A stretch of 63,542 bases of DNA, filler included, from Octopus bimaculoides (Eukaryota), in the NCBI RefSeq assembly GCF_001194135.2. It is 6 parts of 5 records of this genome, joined end to end, with 100 filler letters (N's around TTAATTAATTAA, not from the genome) between each part and the next. Parts side by side here need not be neighbours in the genome. Positions count along the whole stretch, not along the records: positions 52,641 to 62,264 come from NC_068986.1; positions 62,365 to 63,542 come from NW_026360509.1; 4 more parts are not named here. The stretch is one strand, 5' to 3'. The position numbers and the translations under genes were made by a program. Under the pieces are notes generated by a model. It was given only the letters and a program-made list of their open reading frames with translations, made no database searches and was not told the origin of the DNA. Numbering within the stretch: the stretch's first letter is position 1; the number at the start of each line of letters is the position of its first letter. Below, piece after piece: positions 53,063 through 63,542 of this stretch.

Positions 53063-53314
53063 TGTTATATGTTCGTAACTATGTGTATGCGTAGGTATAC
53101 GTATATATGAATACATCCTCACTATTAGTACTATTTTGTTAAGCGCATCTGGTAAACAGTACGAACTGTGACTAAAGCGGATACGCAAAGTGTGTATCAC
53201 TCCGCTATACATATACAGTTTGTAAACATTCTAAGTAAATAAACACGTAGAATCATAATAACGCCTTCAATGAGTTGTTTATTGTCCCAACACGAACCAA
53301 AAGAATATATAACA
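53063..53314 (+). repeat. 5' LTR (252 bp)
   Basis: tgttatatg...atataaca, with the polyA-like signal aataaa at 53238; aligns to the 3' LTR with 15 substitutions and one 5-nt indel (hand alignment). Confidence 0.95.
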
Positions 53315-53325
53315 TGGTGGCAGCG
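53315..53325 (+). promoter_or_regulatory. Primer binding site, complementary to a tRNA-Leu 3' end
   Basis: TGGTGGCAGCG is complementary to ...CGCTGCCA-CCA, the tRNA-Leu(AAG/UAG)-type acceptor end. Confidence 0.7.
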
Positions 53326-54140
53326 ATAAATACTTGGGCAAGACTTCCTTTTGTTCNNNNNNNNNNNNNNNNNNNNNNNNNNNNNNNNNNNNNNNNNNNN
53401 NNNNNNNNNNNNNNNNNNNNNNNNNNNNNNNNNNNNNNNNNNNNNNNNNNNNNNNNNNNNNNNNNNNNNNNNNNNNNNNNNNNNNNNNNNNNNNNNNNNN
53501 NNNNNNNNNNNNNNNNNNNNNNNNNNNNNNNNNNNNNNNNNNNNNNNNNNNNNNNNNNNNNNNNNNNNNNNNNNNNNNNNNNNNNNNNNNNNNNNNNNNN
53601 NNNNNNNNNNNNNNNNNNNNNNNNNNNNNNNNNNNNNNNNNNNNNNNNNNNNNNNNNNNNNNNNNNNNNNNNNNNNNNNNNNNNNNNNNNNNNNNNNNNN
53701 NNNNNNNNNNNNNNNNNNNNNNNNNNNNNNNNNNNNNNNNNNNNNNNNNNNNNNNNNNNNNNNNNNNNNNNNNNNNNNNNNNNNNNNNNNNNNNNNNNNN
53801 NNNNNNNNNNNNNNNNNNNNNNNNNNNNNNNNNNNNNNNNNNNNNNNNNNNNNNNNNNNNNNNNNNNNNNNNNNNNNNNNNNNNNNNNNNNNNNNNNNNN
53901 NNNNNNNNNNNNNNNNNNNNNNNNNNNNNNNNTGACAATTTTTCGGAATCTCCGTATCCGAAAGGTAGGTTTTTGGCCAAAAAAAAATTGAGAAAAACAA
54001 TAATTTGCGAGAAAAGGTGGGGAGGTGTCTTTCCAAAACTTGATCGGAAACCGTGCCTTTACAACAAAGCAGAACACAACAAGCCTGAAATTTAACAAAC
54101 TGAATATCGCTTCGTCTTCGGATACACACGAGGATCCGAA

Positions 54141-54850
54141 ATGGCGGCCCGTGTCGCCGTACAGATGACTCTACATCCGACCATGAACTGGGACGCCGAT
54201 GATATCGTGGAAGCGTTCAAGAAATTCAAACAGAAAAGTCAATTGGCTTTCAAAAGTTTCCTGAAAGGTACAACTGCCGATGAAACGGTAAGCTACATCC
54301 TTTTATGAACGGTAAAGAAGGGTTTAGACCTATTCAATAGTTAGGACATGTCAGTATCGGATTGCAGGAATCCAGACACACTTTTAGAGAAATTTGATAG
54401 GCACCATAGAATTCTTAGGTACGAATTCCAGGGCCTGAAACAAAACCCACAAGAAACGATTGACAACTTCCTGTCCAGACTAAAGAATGTTGCCGAGAAG
54501 TGCAGATTCAAAGACAAGGATGAAAGGATTGTTGATCAACTCATATGGGGGTGTGCTCATAAAGAAGTCCAGAAACCCCGCATAGGTAAGGACGCTCTCT
54601 AGTTGATAGCAGTAGACACTGCATGAGCACGAAGCCACTACCAAACAAATGGCCTCACTTACTTTACAAACACAATAGACAGCAGTGTAGATATTGTATC
54701 TAGACATAGGACGAAACATACCCAGAAACAGAGAACATGCCGGTACTGTGGTACAGAGCATGAGTTCAATGACCGGAGGAAATGTCCAGCATTCGGTACA
54801 CACGGCAAAGCATGTGGAAAGCCCAACCACTGGGAAAAATGTGTCTAACA
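54141..54850 (+). pseudogene. Gypsy gag, disrupted
   Basis: MAARVAVQMTLHPTMNWDADDIVEAFKKFKQK...YEFQGLKQNPQETIDNFLSRLKNVAEKCRF...IVDQLIWG...CRYCG.EH...CPAFG....CGKPNHW..VC; several stops. Confidence 0.85.
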
Positions 54851-55059
54851 AAATCTCACAAATACAAGCCCCAATTTGCAAAGAGGAATGGAAAGAGAAG
54901 ACAAAGAGATATACATGCCCAACATCAGGAAGAAAACACCTCAGAGGAGGAATTCTTGGTAGTCGGCACAATAAATGTACATGAGATGGGAAATGACAAC
55001 CGGAAAAAAATGAGGCATACGCAACAATACAAATCCAAAAGAAGTCAGGCAAAAAACGA

Positions 55060-57250
55060 ATAAACATTGACCTACAGCTAAAGATTAACACTGGAGCCCA
55101 GAGTGATATCTTGCCTGTCAACTTCTACAAAACGATGCTCCCAGAACACATGACACAAGATAATAAAGTCAAAGAAGGAATCCTCACACCAAGTGATGTA
55201 ATCCTAACTGCATACGGAAGTACCAGGATTTCACAACTAGGCAAAACAACCATTACAGGGACACACAAAGAAAGAAAAATCAAGTGTTCTTTTTATATCA
55301 CAAGAACAGAAGGACCCGCAATTCTTGGACATAATACCTATCGAAAGAGAATGTAAAGATAGACAAAGAATCATCCATGCTCACTACCTTCAGCACACCA
55401 TTTGGCAGATACCGATTCAACCGACTCCCATTTGGGTTGAAGGTGAGCCAAGACGTCTTCCAGCGCCTAATAGACGAGACCTACCAAGGCTGCAAGGGAG
55501 CAATCGAGATAGCGGACGAGTATATGGCAAGGATGAGATCACACATAATTACAATTTATATAAAGTTATGGAGAAAACCCGACAAGCAGGTATCAAGCTC
55601 AATGCAAATATGTGATCAAAGCAAAAGAGTGCAAATTCTTTGGAATGATATACTCTGCAGAGGGAGTAAAACCAGACCCCGCTAAAGTCGAAGCCATCAG
55701 TGACATCGAAGAGCCCAAAGATAAGAAGGAACTCAGAAGCTTCTTGGGACCCATCCACTACATGGGAGCCTCCATACCCAAGCTGGCCGATCACACTGCA
55801 AACCTCCAAGAGCTAATGAAATATGACATAGAGTTTGATTGGTGTGCTTCACACACAAATGATTTCAGTACAATCAAAAAGCTCATCAGTAAGGCGACAA
55901 CTCTGAAGTACAATGACAGACGCAAACCAGTAACACTCCAAGTCGATGCTTCTATGGGAGGAGTTGGCGCAATATTGATACCTATTGCATATGCTTCGAA
56001 AGCTCTCTCACCAACAGAGACAAGGGATGCAAACATTGAAAGGGAACTTCTGGCAGTAGTCTATGACTGTGAAAAGTTTCATACATATCTCTATGGCAGA
56101 CATTTCAATACTGAGTCAGACCATCGCCCTCTAGAACCAATAGATAGAAAAAACTCACAACATCACCAGCCAGACTGCAAAGGTTACTGTTGAAGCTCCA
56201 AAAATACGATTACAATATCAGGTACAAGCCAGGAAAGGACCTGATATTGGCAGGTGTTCTTTCCAGACTATCATCACATGATAAACAAGAGATGGAAGGA
56301 CTCAGTGTAAAGGTCCACCACATTGTAAATGTGACAAATACAAAGCTGGAACAAATCAAAGAGGAAACCAGCAAAGATGAAGAACTCCAGCTCCTTACTC
56401 AGATGGCGATTCAAGGGTGGTCAGAGAATAGACATCAGGTGCAGCCCCTCATTCGTGAATATTGGGCCATCCATGATGACATATCAGTAGAGAATGGAGT
56501 CCTGATGGCTAGATCCCGAATAATCATACCCAAATCAATGCAAAAAGAAATTCTTGACAAGATCCACCAAGGGCATCTGAGAATGGAAAAAGGCAAACTC
56601 CGAGCCAAGTCAGCTGTATGTTGGGTAGGCATGTACAAAGACAAAGAAAAGATGGTTTCTACATGCCACATCTCTCAAAAGTACAGAAACTCACAACAAA
56701 AAGAGGAAATGCTATCCAGTGACATCCCAAGAAGGCGATGGCAAGCTATTGGAGTAGATCTGTTCACAGAGAACTAAGAATGATACTTGATTATGGTCTG
56801 CTATTGCTCTAAATGTCCATTTGTGAGAAAAATGAAAGACTTGAGAGCCAAAACAATAACTACAGTGGCTCGAGAACTTCTAGCAGAGCAAGGAACACAA
56901 GAGCAGATCATATGTGACAATGGAACCCAGTTCACATCTCAGGAATTCAAAAAGCTAGCCAATGAGTATGGGTTCAACATTATAACCTCATCTCTACACT
57001 TCCCCAAAGGTCATGGATTCATAGAAAGACAGATGCATACGGTCAAGAGAACACTAGTCAAATGCCGGGAAACTAAGGAAGACCCACACCTGGCACTTCT
57101 GTTCCTACGAGCGATACCACTGAGGGCTGACATGGAATTCCCAGCAGAAATGATGAACGGCAGAAAATACAAAACCACCCTGCCAACTAAGATCCAACCT
57201 CCTATTGACCAGGAAGAGACAAGGGAAAAGCTAGTAGCCACTCAAGAACA
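55060..57250 (+). pseudogene. Gypsy pol (PR-RT-RNaseH-IN), disrupted
   Basis: PR KINTGAQSDILP (catalytic D->N); RT TTFSTPFGRYRFNRLPFGL with N-terminal RT deleted and YxDD damaged; RH VDAS.GGVGA...AYASKAL...IERELLAVV..CEKFH.YLYGR.F..ESDHRPL; IN HQGH...C, GVDLF, CDNGTQF, GFIER. Confidence 0.9.
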
Positions 57251-57842
57251 AGGACAAATATATTACAACAAACATGCACAATACTTACCTAAGATACTTG
57301 GAGGACGACAAAACATGGATCCCAGCACAAGTCGTAAGTAGAGCCAAAACTCCAAGGTCATATATTATAGAACCTGAATCTGGTAGGCAGCTGAGACGAA
57401 ACAGGGCCCACATCTGCCCAACACCAAGGCTATCGAGGATAACATGCTCAACACCTGCAGTATCAGTGACAACACCAACAAGAACCACAACACCCATAGC
57501 AGATGACAGCACACACAGAATCAGTGCTTCCACAGAATCATCATCCCAACGGGCACCAACCACCCATCATCAGCAGCCCAACAACATATCAACATTACGC
57601 ACATCTCAGACATCATCAGATGGAGACCGAATATTTTACCACCGATTCGATACCGTTAAAAGAAAAAATAGTAAATAATAACTAGTACTGCTAGATTAGG
57701 AAGCAGAAAGCCACGTGTATGGGCAAAATAATCTCACGGTTTCTGCTGCAGGATTGCCACCCTTGCGCTGACAACCCATAAGTGTTAGGGAGATTACTTC
57801 TATATTTTCATTGCCAAAAGATCCTTTTTCAAGAAGAAGGTT

Positions 57843-58089
57843 TGTTATATGTTCATATCTATGTGTATGCGTAGGTATACGTATATATGAATACATCCTC
57901 ACTATTAGTACTATTTTGTTAAGTGCATCTAGCAAACATTATGAACTGTGACTAAAGCGGATATGCACAGTGTGTATCATTCCGCTATACATATACAGTT
58001 TGTAAACATTCCAAGTAAATAAACACGTCATAATAATGCCTTCAATGAGTTGTTTATTGTCCTAACACAAACCAAAAGAATACATAACA
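57843..58089 (+). repeat. 3' LTR (247 bp)
   Basis: Preceded by the polypurine tract and followed by the TSD AGTAA. Confidence 0.95.
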
Positions 58090-58129
58090 AGTAATATTAG
58101 GTTGTCAAATGAATTCGCTTATTTTAATT

Positions 58130-58990
58130 CTTATTTTTCATTAACAGATTTAAGAAATCTATCAATAATATAATTGACTAATTCTTTTTCATTGTTCACG
58201 ACTTGTTTTCAATGTCCCCCTAGCTTGTCAATATCTTGACTGTAGAAATCACTTGAAGAGTTCATCGGGCCACATTTTCAACTCCATGTTGCTGTTGAAT
58301 GAAACACCCCATACACTGTTGGAGTGCAAATGAAAAAGGTAATAATCTAAATACACTATATCAGAGAATACAGTAAGGGCGGTAGAACTTCCTATCTGAA
58401 CTCTTAAATAGCAGTTTTGGTCACATTAGAGACATAAAGACGAGCGTTGTTGTATTGAAGAAGCACGTTTTGTCGGCGGTTATGTCGTTTCAACTGGATT
58501 ACCTCGTTGAGTTGGTGTATTTGCTTAAGCACTACATTAACTGTGTAGTTGTTTTCAAGCATTTCATGGGGGTTTAGCCTTTTTCAATCCCACCGAACGC
58601 AGATCATTGTCTGGCATGAATGCAACTCTTGCTTGGTGCGAGGTATTGCTTGTTTGTCGGGACTCAACCACTCTTTTCTCTACTTTATATTAATGTAACG
58701 ACACCATTTTTCATCGGTGAGGTAAAGAAATATCAGTATTCAGAAGTAGCTTGGTGTTGAAGAAGCAAACTAGTGATAATAGAAGGACGTTAGATTTTTC
58801 TTTTTCATTCAAAGCGTGTGGCACTCGAACGCCCAAGTTTTTAGACCTTACTTTGGAATTTTTCTTATTTTTGTATTTTGCTTATCTTTACAGTCAGTGA
58901 ACTATTTTCTTTAAACACTGGCCCTGGCCTTTAACTCATCGAATCAAATTCTTTTGCAAATTTGTAGAAGGCCTAATCTCTAAAAGTGCT
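58130..58990 (-). mobile_element. Mariner transposase remnant
   Basis: The minus strand gives DEKWCRYINIK*RKEWLSPDKQAIPRTKQELH...MICVRWD (the GDEKW/WWD region) and a C-terminal DFYSQDIDKL...KQVVNNE. Confidence 0.75.
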
Positions 58991-59123
58991 TTTTTGAGCT
59001 AAGAATTCTTGCTATCATTGTTTATTTAAACGATTTGAGATATTTTTCATCTCATAAGGACTTGTTTTTGAGAATAATGTTTCTGTGTGTATTGGCTCTT
59101 CTCTCTCGAAAAAATTTAACAAG

Positions 59124-59476
59124 TCTTACTACACAGCCACGCTTGCACCTCTTTGTTGATATTTTTCGATATTTTCTTCCCTATAAACACATTTTATTGA
59201 ATGATGACACGGTGGCCCATTGCGAGGATGTAATCAGCAACAACAAAAATTTATCATGTAAAACTTCAACCCAACAAACNNNNNNNNNNNNNNNNNNNNN
59301 NNNNNNNNNNNNNNNNNNNNNNNNNNNNNNNNNNNNNNNTATTAACAGAAATGTATGTCATTAAAATAAATTATCTTTTACATAACTTTTTTAAATCACT
59401 CTGTCGCCCTAAAATCACTCTGTCGGTGTGAATGATATATTGTTATAGAGAGTGAATAAGTTTATCATGAGAGAGA
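59124..59476 (-). repeat. Exact inverted duplicate of 61365-61703
   Basis: No mismatch seen by eye. The left copy has a 60-N gap where the right copy has 47 real bases. Confidence 0.85.
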
Positions 59477-60489
59477 TAAGCTTACATTGTTGACACAAAT
59501 TCTCTGAGTCCTAAGTCATTGTTTTCTGTCAAAAGTACATTAATGTGTTAGATTAGTTTCGTTAGTACTTAATTTATCATTTTACATTGTGATTTGAAGT
59601 GTCAGACGGGCGAAAATAATGCACATATTATACATATTATCACATCAATTGGCTTTAAGTGCACTATGAGTGTATCACAGGCCGAGTCTGAATGAGAAAA
59701 GAGTTGAGGATGTGACATCTTCACGGATGTACATGACAACTCTCCCCATTATTTTAATCTTGTCTGCAGAGAGATGTGTTTCAGTGAGTGCTATGCCTAT
59801 TGTTTGATTGTATGCAGAAAGATTTCTCACACAAGATTTTTACTTTTACTATTGAACTGCAACAAGGCTCTGATATTTAATAGTAAAATTGGCATAATAT
59901 TTGATTCAGTGGCAACGATGGCCATCCTGGGTCTATAATTTGTGGTTGCCTTGTATTTGAGTGTGCATGACTTTGACTTAGTTTCATTTGTAACCATGAC
60001 AGCTGCAACACAAATTTTTTATTCGACTGCAGCAGGTCACAGTACAATATTGTCTTTTGGTGAGTGTAGGTGGTATACGATATGTCTTCTCAACTGCTCG
60101 TGTTCTGTGGGTTTTTCGGATGTGTTTTTCTCTACTTTACTGGTTAATGGGGAGTAGTTTAAGCTTAGGAGGAACAAAGTGGCAGTGTGTCCCCACCTCT
60201 CCATACCAGCGGACACTTTGCACGTAGGATTTACAGAAGGCTCAAGTTTCGTTAACTGTTCTCCTGTTAACTTCGTTTCTGTTTATGGTCTTAGTAATTT
60301 TAATTCTAATTTCATTTTCCTACTTTGCTGTCTCTTGCCTAGTTCCTTCTACACTTTACTTTGTGGGGTGGTGCCATGACCACTTTGGATCCTAGGGATT
60401 TTGAAAGCTTTTATCAGTCCTTTCACCTTTGTCGATGTCTTCAATCATGACTTCAGAGGTCCCCCCCCCCACACACACAGTATATATTT

Positions 60490-60830
60490 GTATATATCTT
60501 TTTAGTCATTAAACTGCAACTATGCTGGGGCACCACCTTGAAGAATTTTTCATTAGATGAATCGACCCCAGTACTTTTTAAAGTATAGTATTTAATCTAT
60601 TGGTCTTTTTGCTGAACTGCTAAGCTACGAGACGTAAACACACCAACATTAGTTGTCAATAGGTGGTGGAGGACACACACTCTCTCACACATACACACAC
60701 ACTCACACACACACACACTCACACACACATGTATATGTATATATATATTTGCGACAGACTTCTCTCAGTTTCCGTATACCAAATCCACTCACAAGGATTT
60801 GGTCGGCCCGAGAAGACACTTGCCCAAGAT
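60490..60830 (-). mobile_element. SINE family A
   Basis: gctgaactgctaagctacgagacgtaaacacacc...tttccgtataccaaatccactcacaagg...ggtcggcccgag. Confidence 0.8.
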
Positions 60831-60842
60831 GGCATGCATATA

Positions 60843-60885
<43 letters not shown>

Positions 60886-61325
60886 TANNNNNNNNNNNNN
60901 NNNNNNNNNNNNNNNNNNNNNNNNNNNNNNNNNNNNNNNNNNNNNNNNNNNNNNNNNNNNNNNNNNNNNNNNNNNNNNNNNNNNNNNNNNNNNNNNNNNN
61001 NNNNNNNNNNNNNNNNNNNNNNNNNNNNNNNNNNNNNNNNNNNNNNNNNNNNNNNNNNNNNNNNNNNNNNNNNNNNNNNNNNNNNNNNNNNNNNNNNNNN
61101 NNNNNNNNNNNNNNNNNNNNNNNNNNNNNNNNNNNNNNNNNNNNNNNNNNNNNNNNNNNNNNNNNNNNNNNNNNNNNNNNNNNNNNNNNNNNNNNNNNNN
61201 NNNNNNNNNNNNNNNNNNNNNNNNNNNNNNNNNNNNNNNNNNNNNNNNNNNNNNNNNNNNNNNNNNNNNNNNNNNNNNNNNNNNNNNNNNNNNNNNNNNN
61301 NNNNNNNNNNNNNNNNNNNNNNNNN

Positions 61326-61373
<48 letters not shown>

Positions 61374-61674
61374 GATAAACTTATTCACTCTCTATAACAA
61401 TATATCATTCACACCGACAGAGTGATTTTAGGGCGACAGAGTGATTTAAAAAAGTTATGTAAAAGATAATTTATTTTAATGACATACATTTCTGTTAATA
61501 AATATATTTTTCTTAAACACACGCACAGACTCACTTAATTCAGGGTGGTTTGTTGGGTTGAAGTTTTACATGATAAATTTTTGTTGTTGCTGATTACATC
61601 CTCGCAATGGGCCACCGTGTCATCATTCAATAAAATGTGTTTATAGGGAAGAAAATATCGAAAAATATCAACAA

Positions 61675-62095
61675 AGAGGTGCAAGCGTGGCTGTGTAGTA
61701 AGAAGTTTGCTCCCCAACCGCATGGTCCTGGGTTCAATCTCTCTGTGTGGCATCTTGAACAAGCGTCTTCTATTATAGCCTCGGGCCGAACAAAGCCTTG
61801 TGAGCGGATTTTGTAGACGGAAACTGAAAGAACCCCGTTGTATATATATATATATATATATTTATGTGTGTGTATGTCTTTGCGTCTGTGTTTGTCCCCC
61901 ACCATCACTTGACAACCGATATTGGTGTGTTTACGTCCCTGTAACTTAACGGTTCGGCAAAAGAGACCAAAAGAATAGGTACTGGGCTTACAAAGAATAA
62001 GTCTTGGGGTCGATTTCTTCGACTAAAAGTCCCTTAAAGGCGGTGCCCCAGCATAGCTGTAGTCAAAATGAATGAAACAAGTTTAAGAATAAAAG
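61675..62095 (+). mobile_element. SINE family A (full length)
   Basis: aggtgcaagcgtggctgtgtagtaag...gcctcgggccg...gtagacggaaactgaaagaa...gaaacaagtttaagaataaaagaata. Confidence 0.88.
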
Positions 62096-62384
62096 AATAT
62101 ATCAGAGTGACAAAGAAACGAGGAAGGTATCAGGTGGTCATGGGATGTTCTAGAAACAACAGCTAAATTTCCTTTCAATCACTTTTTCTTCTGAAAACTA
62201 TTTTGAAATTATTATAAACAGAAATAATTTGCAGATTCGGATGGTCCGTATTTTAAAACTATGGNNNNNNNNNNNNNNNNNNNNNNNNNNNNNNNNNNNN
62301 NNNNNNNNTTAATTAATTAANNNNNNNNNNNNNNNNNNNNNNNNNNNNNNNNNNNNNNNNNNNNTAGGTCATCCCTATATAAAA

Positions 62385-63510
62385 GGTAGCTGATTGTTTT
62401 GCCGTAACATTTGTGTCCGCATCCAGTTCTATTTAGCAAGTCAGTTAAAGGTGTGAGCGCCAAGCAGAACAGGAGTGGAGAGAGCGTGTCTCCCTGGAAT
62501 ATTCCTCTTCTAATGGGGATGGCTTTCGTTTTCACGAGTCACTCTTTTGTTTGGAGCTGTAGCATTGTCTGCCATTTATTCATTGAGTGTCTTATGTATT
62601 GTATAATAATTGCTGCCACCTTGTTTATGGCTAGTGTTTCGAGGATCCACTTGTGGGGAACACTGTCAAAAGCCTTTCGGTAGTCGATCCAGGCCATACT
62701 GAGGCCTTTCTTCTTTCTGCAGCTGTCTTCAGTTATGACTTTATTGACCATTAATTGATCTTTACAGCCGTATGAGCCCTTGCAGCATCCCTTCTGCTCT
62801 TCTGGAAACAGGTGGTTATCTTCCAGGTGCTTACTCAATCTCTGCGATATTATTGCAGTAAAGACTTTGTAGATTGTAGGGAGACAGGTTATAGGTCTGT
62901 AGTTTTGTGGGGTTTTCCGTTTCCGTGGATTTGGGAATTAAGATGGTTTTCCCTTTCGTGAGCCATTCAGGCATTGTCACTGGCTCTGCTAGTATGTTTT
63001 CAACCAGCTTTTTGTGCATTCCTGTCAGATATTTTAACCAGAAATTGGGGATCTTGTCGTGCCCAGGTGCCTTCCAGTTGCTTAGTCTTTTCAGTGCCTG
63101 GGTGACTTCTTCAGTTGTTATAGGGATCCTGAGTTGCTCAGGTGCTAATTTCATTGTTTTAATAGTCCTTTTCTGAGGTTGTTGCTTCACCGACCATATT
63201 TCTTTCCAAAATTCTTCTACTTCTTCTGCTGTTGGTGCTGCAGTAATGTCTATTTTATTTTTACCCAGTTCTTGATAGAATTTTTAGGGGATTGGATTTG
63301 AACTGCTTGTTTAGTTCAAAGAAACGTTGGCGTTTCTCATACCGGCGGATCTTTTGTGCTTTGGCCAAGATATCTTGCTTTAGCTTTTCTTTTGCCTCAG
63401 GTAAATCCTTTTCTGTAATGTTGTATTTGTACAGTATTTTTGTTTTCTTCTTGTTACTTATTTGTATTGATTGTCTACTAATTTCGTTGAAAATCGATAG
63501 ATCTTTTCTC

Positions 63511-63512
<2 letters not shown>
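62385..63512 (-). mobile_element. R4/Dong-clade LINE, pre-RT and RT region
   Basis: KIRRYEKR...NKQF..N...FY..L...PTAEEVEEFWKEIW...NWKAPGHDKIPNFWLK...G.T.LIPK...RPITCLPT.YK...EQKGC.KGSYGCKDQLMVNK...SMAWIDYRKAFDSVPH.WI...RRGIFQGD.LSPLLFCLAL.PL...L.Y.DDL. The 5' junction abuts (TAA)n at the window end. Confidence 0.92.

Positions 63513-63542
<30 letters not shown>

Larger units (their letters stand above)
53063..58089 (+). mobile_element. Full-length decayed Ty3/Gypsy LTR retrotransposon, Mag-like clade
   Basis: LTRs 53063-53314 and 57843-58089 (TG...CA), 5-bp TSD AGTAA (53058-53062, 58090-58094), PBS TGGTGGCAGCG at 53315 and PPT aagaagaagg at 57831-57840. Domain order is gag-PR-RT-RH-IN. Confidence 0.95.

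Noticed and set aside
59900-60420. Possible L1/Tx1-type LINE remnant on the minus strand
   Set aside because: It looks coding-derived, but no diagnostic RT or endonuclease motif could be read, so it was left uncalled.

Overview
AT-rich, gap-ridden animal genomic DNA, almost entirely intronic or intergenic. The SINE and LINE families and the microsatellite load suggest an octopod cephalopod (inference; no search was run). Only one host coding exon is well supported: the C2H2 zinc-finger exon (FQCTWPGC...IEKHVRIKHL) of a ZNF704/ZNF395/Glut4EF-family gene at 16279-16379 (+). The rest is transposon debris: three tRNA-derived SINE families; CR1, RTE, HERO and R4/Dong-type LINE fragments; Penelope-like element (PLE) remnants; mariner and hAT DNA elements; and one full-length, decayed Mag-clade Ty3/Gypsy element with both LTRs, PBS, PPT and a 5-bp TSD. 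The most notable non-obvious signals are: (1) several hammerhead-ribozyme motifs, one with an intact core at 7437-7528, in PLE-like inverted repeats; (2) restriction-like-endonuclease LINEs whose junctions sit on (TAA)n and possibly (ATAC)n microsatellites; (3) an apparent CpG-depleted to CpG-retaining transition near 24 kb and one-sided CpG decay between the Gypsy LTRs; (4) a mariner built from two 5' ends. There is no CRISPR, rRNA or bona fide tRNA gene. Most ORFs in the supplied track are microsatellite or N-gap artefacts.
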